DNA of 64,000 bases from an uncultured Candidatus Saccharibacteria bacterium (GCA_964507955.1 CAZDRR010000001.1:66650-130649), one strand, 5' to 3'. Shown: positions 28,372 to 38,725, numbered from the stretch's first letter. Program-made: numbers and translations. Notes: a model not told the origin generated them from the sequence alone.

Positions 28372-28877
28372 CGATCACTATCCAAGGATTTTACGCCAGA
28401 ATCAATATTTGTCAAAACTTTTTTTACATCGTCAAAAGAATCATAAATATATTTGTGTGGAAGCATTCCCATTACCCACAACGGAGTATTTTTCTTACCA
28501 CCTTCTACGACCACAAACACAGGTCTTTTGATATGAATAGCGATAGATAATTCTTCCACTGTTCCGTAGGTGGGAACCTTTGGATTGAGGTAACAAATGA
28601 CAAAATCGGAGCGATCAACCATTGAAAGATCGAATGCCCTCACAGACTTGAAATGCTCTGCTACTTCGTCATATTCTCCAGAATTCATCAATTTGAACAT
28701 TCTTTGATGAATGGTCTCATCTTCATTTGGAGCATTTATAAATGGTTTCTTATAAGGATCGAAAACAGTTACCCCCATTTTTGTTAAAAAGTCGGTAATA
28801 TCATTCCTCCATTCTCGCCCGTCAGAGAATTGCATTGGGCCAATCAAGTAAGTTTTTGTTTTGTTTAGAATATTCAT
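28341..28877 (-). CDS. nucleoside 2-deoxyribosyltransferase-like protein
   Basis: N-terminal YLIGPM motif; later segment VDRSDFVICYLNPKVPTYGTVEELSIA. Confidence 0.4.
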   Translation of the reverse strand: MNILNKTKTYLIGPMQFSDGREWRNDITDFLTKMGVTVFDPYKKPFINAPNEDETIHQRMFKLMNSGEYDEVAEHFKSVRAFDLSMVDRSDFVICYLNPKVPTYGTVEELSIAIHIKRPVFVVVEGGKKNTPLWVMGMLPHKYIYDSFDDVKKVLTNIDSGVKSLDSDRWRLFRPELR

Positions 28878-29071
28878 TAGTATCTTATAGGTTTAGCTTC
28901 TAATTGTTCAATTCTTTTTCTTAAATCTATGAATTTATCTTCATCAGACATTGCGTTCCATCGCAATAGATATTCCTGCCTTTCTTTTTGATGGCATAAA
29001 TTGCACTTATTGTTTGTATGAACAACATATTTTTCGCACTTATTACAAAATTTTGATTCGACTAAGGCCAT
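28877..29071 (-). CDS. small zinc-ribbon protein
   Basis: CNKCEKY...CNLCHQ. Confidence 0.35.
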   Translation of the reverse strand: MALVESKFCNKCEKYVVHTNNKCNLCHQKERQEYLLRWNAMSDEDKFIDLRKRIEQLEAKPIRY

Positions 29072-29601
29072 TAGATTAGTTCCATTGTTACGTGAAAGGA
29101 TTCATAAGGAAGAAACCAATGTTCGCATTCCTTGATTACGTCTGTCAAACTAACGACAGTCATCAAATCATCCCGATCTTTGCGTGAATATGCTACATAC
29201 AAAGCGTCTGTAGCTTTGTTCGCGAAGGTGTTTAAATTACATTTCTTCTTTATCAACTTTTGTAAATCCGAATTCCTAACATGTAGAAAAAATGAACCAA
29301 AATCAAATGCAATAATAGACGGACCACTTGGGCTACACCAACCATCCTTGCCTTGGACGTTTTTGATTTCCAAAAGTATTTGGCCTTTACCATGGGTTTT
29401 CTTTTGACCTTTTACATCAACAGTTTCTCCATCGACAATAAAATCAACGTGTCCCATGTCTTGCGATCCCGAGGTTTTTTTGATATCCTTTCCAGCGGCT
29501 TTGCAAGAATCATAATAACGACGCTGTCCGTTTTCTCCAACGAATCTTGACATTTTGATATGCTGATGAGAAGATAAGTCTTTTGCTCGACGACTAATCA
29601 C
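29071..29601 (-). CDS. hypothetical protein
   Basis: A 176 aa ORF, tightly packed with its neighbours. Confidence 0.35.
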   Translation of the reverse strand: MISRRAKDLSSHQHIKMSRFVGENGQRRYYDSCKAAGKDIKKTSGSQDMGHVDFIVDGETVDVKGQKKTHGKGQILLEIKNVQGKDGWCSPSGPSIIAFDFGSFFLHVRNSDLQKLIKKKCNLNTFANKATDALYVAYSRKDRDDLMTVVSLTDVIKECEHWFLPYESFHVTMELI

Positions 29602-29606
29602 AAGAA

Positions 29607-29909
29607 TTAAAGGTAAGTTAAATCATTGGTCAAATTAACCTCTTTAGGGGCAATTAAGAGCAAGTCTTTACAAATAGCAATAAGTTCCAAAGAATCAACA
29701 TCAGGAGGATTCATCCTCAAAGAAGAAACTTGCTTGCAGAATGCCAAGAAATCCTCGCTTTGCGGATAGAATAATTTTTTGGTATGATCGTAGATAGATA
29801 CATCGAACACTTCGTATCTAGTTGGGTCGATTTGTTTTTCAATAGGATCATAATTACTGCGCTTAGTAATATAATCAAAAATATCTTGGTATTTGATATT
29901 AATAGTCAT
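29607..29909 (-). CDS. hypothetical protein
   Basis: A 100 aa ORF. Confidence 0.3.
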   Translation of the reverse strand: MTINIKYQDIFDYITKRSNYDPIEKQIDPTRYEVFDVSIYDHTKKLFYPQSEDFLAFCKQVSSLRMNPPDVDSLELIAICKDLLLIAPKEVNLTNDLTYL

Positions 29910-29913
29910 TTGT

Positions 29914-30351
29914 TTATTTTTTCAGTAGTTCCTTGATAATTAATTCTGCGTTTTCTTGAATAGAAGGATAGTAGAGAGTATTGAATTCTTTTCCATGTTT
30001 GTCAATAAACCATTGCCAATCTTTGTATGCCTGTTCTGACATTGGCACACCATTTTTTGGGCGAGCCTCCGAACATTTGCGGATGATATCCATCAATTTT
30101 TCTTCCTTTTCTCTAATCGCAGCATCCAATTCCGCGCTTTCTGGCCAAACTTGTTGACGAATGGAAGTGCAAGATGGAGCAACTTTTACAAGCCACCATC
30201 CTTCCCTTAGCCCATCATAGGCCCAAGGATCACTGACAGGGATATATTTTTTACCGACTTTCTTATAAAGAATTTGAGATTCTTTGTCGAGAATACGTTG
30301 TTTTGCGCTCATGTCATTGTTTGATTTTAGATTCTTTGTCAAATTTTTCAA
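29914..30351 (-). CDS. hypothetical protein
   Basis: A 145 aa ORF. Confidence 0.35.
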   Translation of the reverse strand: MKNLTKNLKSNNDMSAKQRILDKESQILYKKVGKKYIPVSDPWAYDGLREGWWLVKVAPSCTSIRQQVWPESAELDAAIREKEEKLMDIIRKCSEARPKNGVPMSEQAYKDWQWFIDKHGKEFNTLYYPSIQENAELIIKELLKK

Positions 30352-30468
30352 GTCCCTTTATAAAACGCCATTCGTGAATGGACTGTTTATATTCAGTCAT
30401 TTTATCGCGCCAAATGCACGAACAAATAATTGCCGCACTAAGCATAGACAATATAATAAAAAGAACTC

Positions 30469-30942
30469 TCATTTTCTCTTTTTTAAGATGTATTTTATCA
30501 CTTGATAAGTTTCTTCATTAATAGGGAATTTTTTGCTATATTCAATAATAGCTTTCAGATGCTCTGTAGTCAAGTCCTTAATCAAAGAATATGTCAAAGG
30601 TTGATCGCCATTCGGCCCACGATGCCCCCAAATGAAGTTTTCCGCTTTATAAGCCATATCAATCTTTTTGGGCCAAAGCTTTTTATCAAGCAATTTAACT
30701 TTATCAATAGGCCAAATACCATATTTGCGGTTGTCTCGATTATTATTATAATCTGTATAAAGTTCCGCAAAATTTTGAGGAACTTCAAAACAGCATCGCT
30801 CTCCAGAACCCCGCGTATATCCAGCGTAATCATTGGTCCCAATTTGCCCGCCATCAGCCATTAATTCATCAATGCCAATGCAATCATAATGAGCGATTGA
30901 TGCGACTACATATTTATCGTTTTTAACTCCGAATAGTTTCAT
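30469..30942 (-). CDS. hypothetical protein
   Basis: A 157 aa ORF. Confidence 0.35.
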   Translation of the reverse strand: MKLFGVKNDKYVVASIAHYDCIGIDELMADGGQIGTNDYAGYTRGSGERCCFEVPQNFAELYTDYNNNRDNRKYGIWPIDKVKLLDKKLWPKKIDMAYKAENFIWGHRGPNGDQPLTYSLIKDLTTEHLKAIIEYSKKFPINEETYQVIKYILKKRK

Positions 30943-31496
30943 TTGCGTGGGATTTTTGAGGCTAAAGTTTCTGCTAGACGGACCATGCCTTTGATTTGAT
31001 CATCTCCTCCATCATAATATACGCACAATTCTGAAAATTTACTTTTCACTTGAGCGATTGTTACGGCAGGATGATTGAATTTTTCATAAAAGGATTTTGG
31101 GCGCAATTTGTTGGAGAATCTTTGGATACGATTTCTCCATTTAATGCGTTTAGGATGTTGAGCCTCAAAATCTTTTAGTTCTTGCGAAGTCATGAATTTT
31201 TTACCAGATGGCCATCTTGGGTCGATAGCTCTCCAAAGTTTATTGCAAATTTTCACAGAGATTTTCTGATAAAACCACATTTGCAAACGCTTATACCATT
31301 TTTTCGAAGCCTTTAATGTATAGGTGCTGCAATGGGCGTCCATACAAGCAAATAGATTATATACTATGTCCATCCAAGGTTCAGGACAACACAAGCCGCA
31401 ACAAGGACTTGTTGGGTTGCCATTTTCGTCTTTTGGGAATAGATTCGGGAAATCTTTCTTGAGACGATCTTCAAATTCTCTTTGTTTCTCAAACAT
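30939..31496 (-). CDS. hypothetical protein (Cys-rich N-terminus)
   Basis: A 185 aa ORF containing CCGLCCPEPW. Confidence 0.35.
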   Translation of the reverse strand: MFEKQREFEDRLKKDFPNLFPKDENGNPTSPCCGLCCPEPWMDIVYNLFACMDAHCSTYTLKASKKWYKRLQMWFYQKISVKICNKLWRAIDPRWPSGKKFMTSQELKDFEAQHPKRIKWRNRIQRFSNKLRPKSFYEKFNHPAVTIAQVKSKFSELCVYYDGGDDQIKGMVRLAETLASKIPRK

Positions 31497-31637
31497 ATCG
31501 GCAGTTTATCCTAGACGCAGAAACAAGTCAATGAAAAAACCAATGAAAATCAACGCCAAAAGAATAATCAAAATAACATCTTTGCGCGAATAATATGGTC
31601 GTTTATTATTAAAATAATCATCGCTCACCCATATAAA

Positions 31638-32000
31638 TTACACCATTTTAAGGTCTTTTTTAAGTTGGGTGATTTGTTGTTCCAATTTTTCCCGTTTAAT
31701 GCTTTCTTCACGATCAGGCCCTCCAAATCTGTAAGCACGGTGACTACGGGCTAACTGTTCTTGCAAACTCTCCAATTGTTCTTTTTTAAGGGTTTTAGAA
31801 GATTTTTTAACTTTCTTTTGTTTTGCGGCAAGTTTGGTTTTATCAACAGATTGATAAATGGAAATATATGAACAATCGAACATTCCTTTATTCTTTTCTT
31901 TAAAAAGTTCATCTTCTTGCATATAACTCAAGCTAGGACTGCCGCCCATGCGATCACTTGCGGTTACGATTAAATACCAAGGGTTTTTCATTTTCTCCAA
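31638..32000 (-). CDS. hypothetical protein
   Basis: A 120 aa ORF. Confidence 0.3.
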   Translation of the reverse strand: MEKMKNPWYLIVTASDRMGGSPSLSYMQEDELFKEKNKGMFDCSYISIYQSVDKTKLAAKQKKVKKSSKTLKKEQLESLQEQLARSHRAYRFGGPDREESIKREKLEQQITQLKKDLKMV

Positions 32001-32191
32001 TAAGCTTTTGTGATTTTTAAACTATGAGATTCATCCGCCAACATTTCATATTCGATACATAGCATTGGGTCGCCTTCATACCAAATAGTTCCGTTTTTAG
32101 TGATGCCTATTTTATGGGCGCGATGCAGATAAGCCACATTTCTTGGATCATCTCCAATCAAAAGATTTAAATCAATTCCCAATATACTCAT
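31988..32191 (-). CDS. hypothetical protein
   Basis: A 67 aa ORF. Confidence 0.25.
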   Translation of the reverse strand: MSILGIDLNLLIGDDPRNVAYLHRAHKIGITKNGTIWYEGDPMLCIEYEMLADESHSLKITKAYWRK

Positions 32192-32430
32192 TGTCCAAAT
32201 TTAACCCCCTTTTGCACAACTTGGTCTTTAAAATTTACGGGATTGTAATTTTTAATAGCTTCCTTTAAATCTTCAAGAGAATAGAATTCTGTTGATGAAT
32301 TTATTGTGGACCACCAATAAATTTTATGTTTATTCTTTAGATCTTCTGCGTCTGCATATGCGTATCCCAAATGCTCAAATGAGAGTTTTCTCAAAACGTA
32401 TTTACCTCTTTTATTTTTAATTATAGTCAT
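32188..32430 (-). CDS. hypothetical protein
   Basis: An 80 aa ORF. Confidence 0.25.
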   Translation of the reverse strand: MTIIKNKRGKYVLRKLSFEHLGYAYADAEDLKNKHKIYWWSTINSSTEFYSLEDLKEAIKNYNPVNFKDQVVQKGVKFGQ

Positions 32431-32578
32431 TTCTTTCGTGGATGATATTTTTCATAATCTGATTCTCCTGCCGCGTGTCTTGCCAGTGTATCAATTCTGG
32501 TTCTAAGAAGATCATAAGCAAAATATCCCAAAGCAGAAAGAACAACGGCTGATGCGATGATGTTTGATTTTATGTTTT

Positions 32579-32797
32579 TCATTGTTTTTGTATAATATCT
32601 GATAATGTTTGTTGACCTTCATCAAAGCCCATATGATATGCAAAGTTTAATGCTTTGCATATTTCGCAAAAAGTTTTGGCACTATGATAGGGTTCGATAA
32701 ATAAAACAATATTCTTTTCTTCTCTGAAAGCAATTCCATTTGCAACTACAATAAATGGATTTTCAAAGGTGACAACGCCTTGTTTTATATCGCTCAT
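32579..32797 (-). CDS. hypothetical protein
   Basis: A 72 aa ORF. Confidence 0.25.
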   Translation of the reverse strand: MSDIKQGVVTFENPFIVVANGIAFREEKNIVLFIEPYHSAKTFCEICKALNFAYHMGFDEGQQTLSDIIQKQ

Positions 32798-33252
32798 TGT
32801 TTTAAAAGTTCAGGATTTTCAAAGATATTACCGATAACTTCTTTAAATGTTGTTAAATAACATGTCCATGGATAATCTAGTTCATGTGGTATTGGATGTT
32901 TTAACTCTTTAACGTATTCTGTAATAGGTTTTAAAGCGAATCGGCTAGACTTAACATTCCAAACCACGACATTAATAAGATCTAAATATTTACCATTTTC
33001 ATCCAACTCTTCGGTAATATAATTACCTCTGGATGCCATAATGTCGCCTTCGTAAATCTCTTTTCCTTTTGAGTCTTTCAGACCAGTATATTGTTGAATA
33101 ACATAATCATTATCCGATAAGACATTATCAAATTTACCACTATATACCTTACCGTGCAAAGAAACAGCCAATCTGTTGCTACAAGCTTCTCTTTCAAAAA
33201 TATACTTGTTTTGTCTTTTGTCCCAAATGCGAAATTTAATTTCTCTGCTCAT
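32794..33252 (-). CDS. YopX-family protein (paralogue 1)
   Basis: KFRIWDK...VIQQYTGLKDSKGKEIYEGDI...GNIFENPELL, shared with the 42028..42417 gene. Confidence 0.55.
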   Translation of the reverse strand: MSREIKFRIWDKRQNKYIFEREACSNRLAVSLHGKVYSGKFDNVLSDNDYVIQQYTGLKDSKGKEIYEGDIMASRGNYITEELDENGKYLDLINVVVWNVKSSRFALKPITEYVKELKHPIPHELDYPWTCYLTTFKEVIGNIFENPELLKQ

Positions 33253-33427
33253 TACTTTACTTCCTTATTAGCCGCATAATCCAAACTCCACAATGATGCA
33301 GACATGTAATCACCAAACCATTCCCAAGCAATCAAATTGCCTTTGTGGAAAGCAAGGGCTACATATTGCATTCTATCATCAACTCCCGTGGAGTCAACTT
33401 CTGTTCTCGATTTAACGCAGGTTTCGA

Positions 33428-33727
33428 TCATTTCAATAGTTCTTTCATTTCTCGTTTACCGTATTGATTATCTGTATAATAATCCATACGTTTCAACCAA
33501 TCCTCAATACCCTTGCGGAGTCTTTCGTTTTCCTTTTTTAAGTCTCGTTTTTCGGAATATTCAGGTAGGTCGAGTCGAGCCTTCAATTCCTTATACATTT
33601 CTATTGTTTGCTTCAACTCTGCAATTTCAGCATCCTTTTTATCCAAATCAGAAGCGATTTGACTCATTACCCACTCAGGCACTTCATCACAACATAATCC
33701 CGCAATGTATATGTAATTGTCGGTCAT
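33428..33727 (-). CDS. hypothetical coiled-coil protein
   Basis: A 99 aa ORF. Confidence 0.3.
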   Translation of the reverse strand: MTDNYIYIAGLCCDEVPEWVMSQIASDLDKKDAEIAELKQTIEMYKELKARLDLPEYSEKRDLKKENERLRKGIEDWLKRMDYYTDNQYGKREMKELLK

Positions 33728-33728
33728 A

Positions 33729-34142
33729 TTACTCTCCCAATTCAGCTTTTAATTGCTCTAATAATTTACGCTTTTGTTCTTTGGTTTTGGCTAACTTTTT
33801 AAGTTTAGCTTCTTCCTTTTTCTTTTCGGCCAATTCTTTACGCTTCTTTTCCTCTTCTTGGTATTTTTTATGTTCCGCTTTTCTTTTCTCTACAATTTGC
33901 TTTATTGCAGTCTGAGCGGACATTTGCTGTTCTTTGATTACCAAAAATGCAAAGCTTCCGTTTTTCTTATTGTTGAGATTATAATCACTTACAAAGTTTT
34001 GTAATTCATAAACATCATCAACCTCTTCCCATGGGGAATGATCTTCGACAAAGATTCTGGTAATATCCGTATAATCATCACCATAGTTGAAATATACCGT
34101 GTCAGTATTGGTTGTTGCTATGATTAATTTTACTTGTGCCAT
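33729..34142 (-). CDS. hypothetical protein with Lys/Glu-rich C-terminal tail
   Basis: A 137 aa ORF. Confidence 0.3.
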   Translation of the reverse strand: MAQVKLIIATTNTDTVYFNYGDDYTDITRIFVEDHSPWEEVDDVYELQNFVSDYNLNNKKNGSFAFLVIKEQQMSAQTAIKQIVEKRKAEHKKYQEEEKKRKELAEKKKEEAKLKKLAKTKEQKRKLLEQLKAELGE

Positions 34143-34576
34143 TACTTTGTTACAATTTTTGTTTTATATTTTTGACCCGTTACAACTGGTGGAGGAATTA
34201 GAACCTCACCAATACTAACCCATGTTTTTCCACCATCCTTTGAAGTCAATACTTCAATATATTTTGATTTACTTTTCTTAATAAGAAATGATACTTCGTC
34301 TGATGGATCGCTAGTGCCAAAGTCATTTTGCGCTTTGACTACTGCATAATATGTTACATCAAAAACCAATCCTGTCAAGGGAATAGTTGTGGATGTTGTT
34401 TCGAATGTTTTTGTGTATTCTCCCGATTTTGTTCCAAGCGATACAATATATTTTGTCACTTTGTCTTCATTAGCGGTCCATTTTGCCGTAACCTCGGGGG
34501 TTGGTTTTATAAATGTAATTGCTTGGACAGAACTAAATGATAAAAGAGTTCCGATTAAAAATGCTAGTGTTTTCAT
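34142..34576 (-). CDS. secreted protein with fibronectin-III/Ig-like domain
   Basis: Signal peptide MKTLAFLIGTLLSFSSVQA, followed by an approximately 90-aa beta-sandwich-like segment. Confidence 0.35.
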   Translation of the reverse strand: MKTLAFLIGTLLSFSSVQAITFIKPTPEVTAKWTANEDKVTKYIVSLGTKSGEYTKTFETTSTTIPLTGLVFDVTYYAVVKAQNDFGTSDPSDEVSFLIKKSKSKYIEVLTSKDGGKTWVSIGEVLIPPPVVTGQKYKTKIVTK

Positions 34577-34941
34577 ATTCCATCCCTACCTTTAAATTGT
34601 TCACATTTTTTATTACCTTCTGCCAAAATTCTAGCTGCCGCTTTGAACTTTTCTTCTTGTTCAGGTGTTAGAGTCCAAGTATGTTCAACAACATCACTTA
34701 ATTGATCATAATATTCATCCTTTTCTTTTTCTCTTGCGTCAAGATCAGCTTGGATACCATTTATAGTTTCTGTCTTATTGGAAAACAGACTTCTTACAAA
34801 AGCTAGAAGTTTTCCATGATATACAGCACTTTGAGGATGAACTTCACCGTCATCAGTAATTACTGCGTTTTGTTTAGACCAATCATTTACTTTAGCCTCT
34901 AATTCTGAGAGTGTAAATGATAGTTTTAATTCTGTTTTCAT
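34573..34941 (-). CDS. hypothetical protein
   Basis: A 122 aa ORF. Confidence 0.3.
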   Translation of the reverse strand: MKTELKLSFTLSELEAKVNDWSKQNAVITDDGEVHPQSAVYHGKLLAFVRSLFSNKTETINGIQADLDAREKEKDEYYDQLSDVVEHTWTLTPEQEEKFKAAARILAEGNKKCEQFKGRDGI

Positions 34942-34942
34942 T

Positions 34943-35395
34943 TTAGTATAACTGAAATTCTTTTGGGAACACTTGAGCTAAAAAGGATTGTTCGTGTAAT
35001 GCTAAACGCAATTCTTTAGAAGGGTTGTGTGAAAAATAGTATTGGTCATCTTCCCAAAATTTAAGGCGTTCATCAATATCGTCTGAAATACCATTTTTTA
35101 CATATTCTTCAATAATAGCCTCTTTGTGTTGTGGTTCTAAAGTATTTTCTGACAGGAATTCAATACCTGTTTTCATATTAGCACGTTTATTACACGCTTC
35201 TCGAATGTTTTCAATGAACTTATTAGTCGCATAGATCGCGTTGGTTCTCTCTTTATAAGTCATTGGGTGTCCTGATATTCTTGAGGATGCCGAATCAAAC
35301 TCAACTGTTCCAGTTTCTTTACAAGCAGTAATATACTTCTGCTTCCAAAATTCACTGTTATCATCTTCTTCTGTTTTTGTGATTTCTTCTTTCAT
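34943..35395 (-). CDS. hypothetical protein
   Basis: A 150 aa ORF. Confidence 0.3.
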   Translation of the reverse strand: MKEEITKTEEDDNSEFWKQKYITACKETGTVEFDSASSRISGHPMTYKERTNAIYATNKFIENIREACNKRANMKTGIEFLSENTLEPQHKEAIIEEYVKNGISDDIDERLKFWEDDQYYFSHNPSKELRLALHEQSFLAQVFPKEFQLY

Positions 35396-35396
35396 A

Positions 35397-35756
35397 TTAT
35401 TCTTTCCAACGATCTACTGTTTTAAGGAATGCTTCTAATCTTTCAGTTGGTTTGGCGTTTATCGCTAATATTTTTAATGAATCTCTATTGATATTCACAC
35501 AACATCTACTCTTAACGACATTTAAAAGATTGATATACCACAAAGTTTGCAGTGCTGTTTCGGATATATTGTAAACATTATAAATAATATTCAAATCTAC
35601 CAATGGATTTGGTGCAATTTGATCCTTCTTACCTTCTGGCGAAGTTCCACGCAGCGCACGATAATTACCAAGCTTACTATCGCGGTTTAAATTGGTCCAT
35701 CCCAAGTATTCAAGGAATGCTATTCTCTGGTCTTCTGGTTTCATTTGATTGCCCAT
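35397..35756 (-). CDS. hypothetical protein
   Basis: A 119 aa ORF. Confidence 0.3.
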   Translation of the reverse strand: MGNQMKPEDQRIAFLEYLGWTNLNRDSKLGNYRALRGTSPEGKKDQIAPNPLVDLNIIYNVYNISETALQTLWYINLLNVVKSRCCVNINRDSLKILAINAKPTERLEAFLKTVDRWKE

Positions 35757-36022
35757 TCGGGAAGTTGTATATTTTTAATATCATCAATATCTCTTTGTAT
35801 ATACTCGATTTCCTTTTGACGAACTTTGATCATTTCTTCTTTTAAAATTTCAAAAGCCTTTTCAGTTTTCCATTTTCTAGGAAAGTAAAAAAACCCCAAT
35901 CCTGCGTTTGGAATGTATTTTTTACAACTCACCCTGTCGTATGGATCTGTATCATCAAATCCAACTCTCCATCGACTTTCTTCTGTAATAGTTGGTCTTA
36001 TTTCAATTAATGAATATTTCAT
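35741..36022 (-). CDS. hypothetical protein
   Basis: A 93 aa ORF. Confidence 0.3.
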   Translation of the reverse strand: MKYSLIEIRPTITEESRWRVGFDDTDPYDRVSCKKYIPNAGLGFFYFPRKWKTEKAFEILKEEMIKVRQKEIEYIQRDIDDIKNIQLPEWAIK

Positions 36023-36231
36023 ACTCCGTTTTTGCTTGGTTTATAAATTTTTTTTCCATGTAAATAAAAATAACGCGGACCTTGCGCTTCACAGATTTCG
36101 CAATATAAATAATGTTCGCTGCAAAACGGATTGGAGTCATACCCTTCTACCTTTTTCTCTATCATTTCGCGCTTGCACCACGGGCATTTTGTAGAAGTTC
36201 TCATAATCCTTTTGTTAAATCCAATACCCAA
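36019..36231 (-). CDS. small zinc-ribbon protein
   Basis: CPWCKRE...CSEHYLYCEIC. Confidence 0.35.
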   Translation of the reverse strand: MGIGFNKRIMRTSTKCPWCKREMIEKKVEGYDSNPFCSEHYLYCEICEAQGPRYFYLHGKKIYKPSKNGV

Positions 36232-36368
36232 TTATTCCAGCCAGTATAAATTCTAAATAACCACTGATAATTTTCAGCGGGATGATCTTTTTTAGACGAC
36301 CAAACTATACGTCGTTTTAAATGGTATTGTTTAAATTTATTGAATTTGATTTTCATAGCAATAGCAAA

Positions 36369-36656
36369 TTAATAATACCAATAAAAAGATTTTGGCTGCT
36401 TTTTGAAAGGAATAAAAGGACTATTTTTGAGAATTTCTGTCATCCAATAATGATCGCTCAACGTTTCATTTTGAAATGGCACAGAAAGACATTTATAAAT
36501 GATTTTTGGAGGTTTAGTAGATACAAAGCTCGTCATGTGTCCAGTATCCAACCATAAACCATGTTGTGAATTATGAAAATCATAACAAACAGTTCGATTT
36601 CTTTTGGTCTTATGATAAGCGCATCTTTGATGACCACAATAAATTCTTTCGTTCAT
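36369..36656 (-). CDS. hypothetical Cys/His-rich protein
   Basis: A 95 aa ORF. Confidence 0.3.
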   Translation of the reverse strand: MNERIYCGHQRCAYHKTKRNRTVCYDFHNSQHGLWLDTGHMTSFVSTKPPKIIYKCLSVPFQNETLSDHYWMTEILKNSPFIPFKKQPKSFYWYY

Positions 36657-37075
36657 AATAATGGTAAGTTATCGGTTATTCCTTCAAATTTAGAATCCCA
36701 ATGTGGGCCTATGGCGCAGCATGTAAGAGTTTTAATTCCATTAAATTCGGTAGCGCCGTTGTCTTCTACTATATGAGAAATTAGTCCTTTATCAAGAGCT
36801 TTTTGATGGATTTCAATTAATTCTTCTTCGTTATTTACATAGACGCAAATTTTACGGAAGGAATTTTGTAGCCAATGATTGATTTCTTGCCAATGATCAT
36901 ATTGGAAATCTTTGCCGACTTCGACCCATCCAAATTCAGTATCGCCTCTTTTATACAATCCTCCTTTAGTAAGGAATGCCATAGATGCATGAGAACCTTG
37001 CGCACACATCTTCCCCTTACGCATATTAAGGTCTTTGCGAATGATTATGATTTGTTTTGTATTCTTATCCATCAT
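36653..37075 (-). CDS. peptidyl-tRNA hydrolase, PTH2-like
   Basis: IIIRKDLNMRKGKMCAQGSHAS, matching the PTH2 pattern. Confidence 0.5.
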   Translation of the reverse strand: MMDKNTKQIIIIRKDLNMRKGKMCAQGSHASMAFLTKGGLYKRGDTEFGWVEVGKDFQYDHWQEINHWLQNSFRKICVYVNNEEELIEIHQKALDKGLISHIVEDNGATEFNGIKTLTCCAIGPHWDSKFEGITDNLPLL

Positions 37076-37718
37076 ATGCTCCTAGTTGTCTCCAGCCCCT
37101 ACGCCCATAAACCCAATCACAATTTTCATGAGATCCTTCTTCGCTTACAATGCGCCCGCAACCATCACACATTGAAGTTTTTGGTTTTCGCGGACGATAG
37201 TTGTGGAGCTTTGTCAAGAATTCTTTTACAGTTTCTTCGAAATTATCATTGGTAAAATTAACCCCGTAATAATCATCGACTTTCAAATAGCGTTCTTGAT
37301 ATGAACCATTGATGCCAATTAAAGAAGTTTTTGAGTAATTTTCCCGAGGCGGAAGATTATCAATCAGAACATTTTCTTGGCTTGCAATATCCAATGGATT
37401 GACGGCCCTGCCACCATAAGCCGTGCCAACATAAGCATTTTCAATATCTTCGCGGGCAATGATATGATCTGGCTCAAATTCCAAATCAGCCAAGCGATTG
37501 ACATTTGACGCATATTCCCGCGTTGAAGTTGTAAGAACATAAACATTGTCCTTGCCAACGAGTTGACGGCAGAATTCTACCAAAGTTTTCGCACAGGGGC
37601 GAATGATGGTATAATAATTATAACCCCCGATCCTAAACACAACATGTTCTTGATTCGGATTGTATAATTCTGTATGAATTAATGTGGAATCAAGATCCCA
37701 AAAGATTTTGTTTATCAT
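37065..37718 (-). CDS. HAD-superfamily phosphatase (nucleotidase / polynucleotide-phosphatase-like)
   Basis: DxDxT motif (DLDSTL) at the N-terminus and a C-terminal Cys cluster. Confidence 0.45.
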   Translation of the reverse strand: MINKIFWDLDSTLIHTELYNPNQEHVVFRIGGYNYYTIIRPCAKTLVEFCRQLVGKDNVYVLTTSTREYASNVNRLADLEFEPDHIIAREDIENAYVGTAYGGRAVNPLDIASQENVLIDNLPPRENYSKTSLIGINGSYQERYLKVDDYYGVNFTNDNFEETVKEFLTKLHNYRPRKPKTSMCDGCGRIVSEEGSHENCDWVYGRRGWRQLGAYDG

Positions 37719-37747
37719 TTTCTTAGATTTAGTGTAATATATTTTAT

Positions 37748-38725
37748 ATGCAGAACAAATTCACATTAACTCGAAAACGAGATGTTGTCAATCTTTATTT
37801 AGAAGTCAAAAGATTGGATATTGTCCGCTCCGAATTTAAAACATCAATATATATAATTAAAAATATTTTAAAAGAGGCTGGGGTAGAAATCGCTCGGAGA
37901 AAACAACCTTTAAATATTAAATATTTTAAAAATATAGATACTCCTGAAAAAGCATATTGGTTGGGATTTATTGCTGCGGATGGTTGTCTGCACAAAACAA
38001 AATACAAGTTAAGTCTTTGCGTGAAAGATGCAGACATTTTATTTAAATTTCAAAAAGCTATCGGAGCGGGTAGTCCCGTTAGACATCGTATTATTTTAGA
38101 TAAAAGAACGGGGAAAACAAATCAACAGTATAATTTACAGATTAATTCAAAAGAATTTTGTCAATATATTTGTTCCCATGGTGTTGACGAAAATAAATCA
38201 AAACAATTTTCTTTTCCAAAAATTGAAGAGAAATATTATTCACATTTTATTAGAGGTCTCTATGACGGAGATGGAAGCATACATGTTAACAAATCTAAAA
38301 TTAAAAAGAAAATTAATTATAGAATTAATATGATTAGTTCTATAGAATGTATTACTTTTATAAAAATGTATTTTGAAGATAAATTAAAATTCAAAGTTCC
38401 GAAAATTTATTCTAAATATGATCAAGGAATTCATTATTTAAATATGGAGCAAGATGCATTAAAATTTTTAGAATGGATTTATAAAGATTCCCGAGAAGAA
38501 ATTCGACTTGACCGTAAATATGAAAAATATATTTCCAATTTGCAAGCCTTCGAAGATCAGAAAAGATTAATTGTTAATGAAAAAACAGGAGAATCTTTCT
38601 CAATTAGAAACGTTCGGCAATTCTGTTCAGAAAAAGGATTAAATGAAAATGTAATTCATAGAACACTTAAAACAGGAAAATCGTCAAAAAATGGAAAACA
38701 TGCGGGCTGGAAGCTTGTTTATTGA
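37748..38725 (+). CDS. LAGLIDADG homing endonuclease (two-motif, free-standing)
   Basis: Two LAGLIDADG motifs: LGFIAADGCL and IRGLYDGDGSI. Confidence 0.65.
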   Translation: MQNKFTLTRKRDVVNLYLEVKRLDIVRSEFKTSIYIIKNILKEAGVEIARRKQPLNIKYFKNIDTPEKAYWLGFIAADGCLHKTKYKLSLCVKDADILFKFQKAIGAGSPVRHRIILDKRTGKTNQQYNLQINSKEFCQYICSHGVDENKSKQFSFPKIEEKYYSHFIRGLYDGDGSIHVNKSKIKKKINYRINMISSIECITFIKMYFEDKLKFKVPKIYSKYDQGIHYLNMEQDALKFLEWIYKDSREEIRLDRKYEKYISNLQAFEDQKRLIVNEKTGESFSIRNVRQFCSEKGLNENVIHRTLKTGKSSKNGKHAGWKLVY

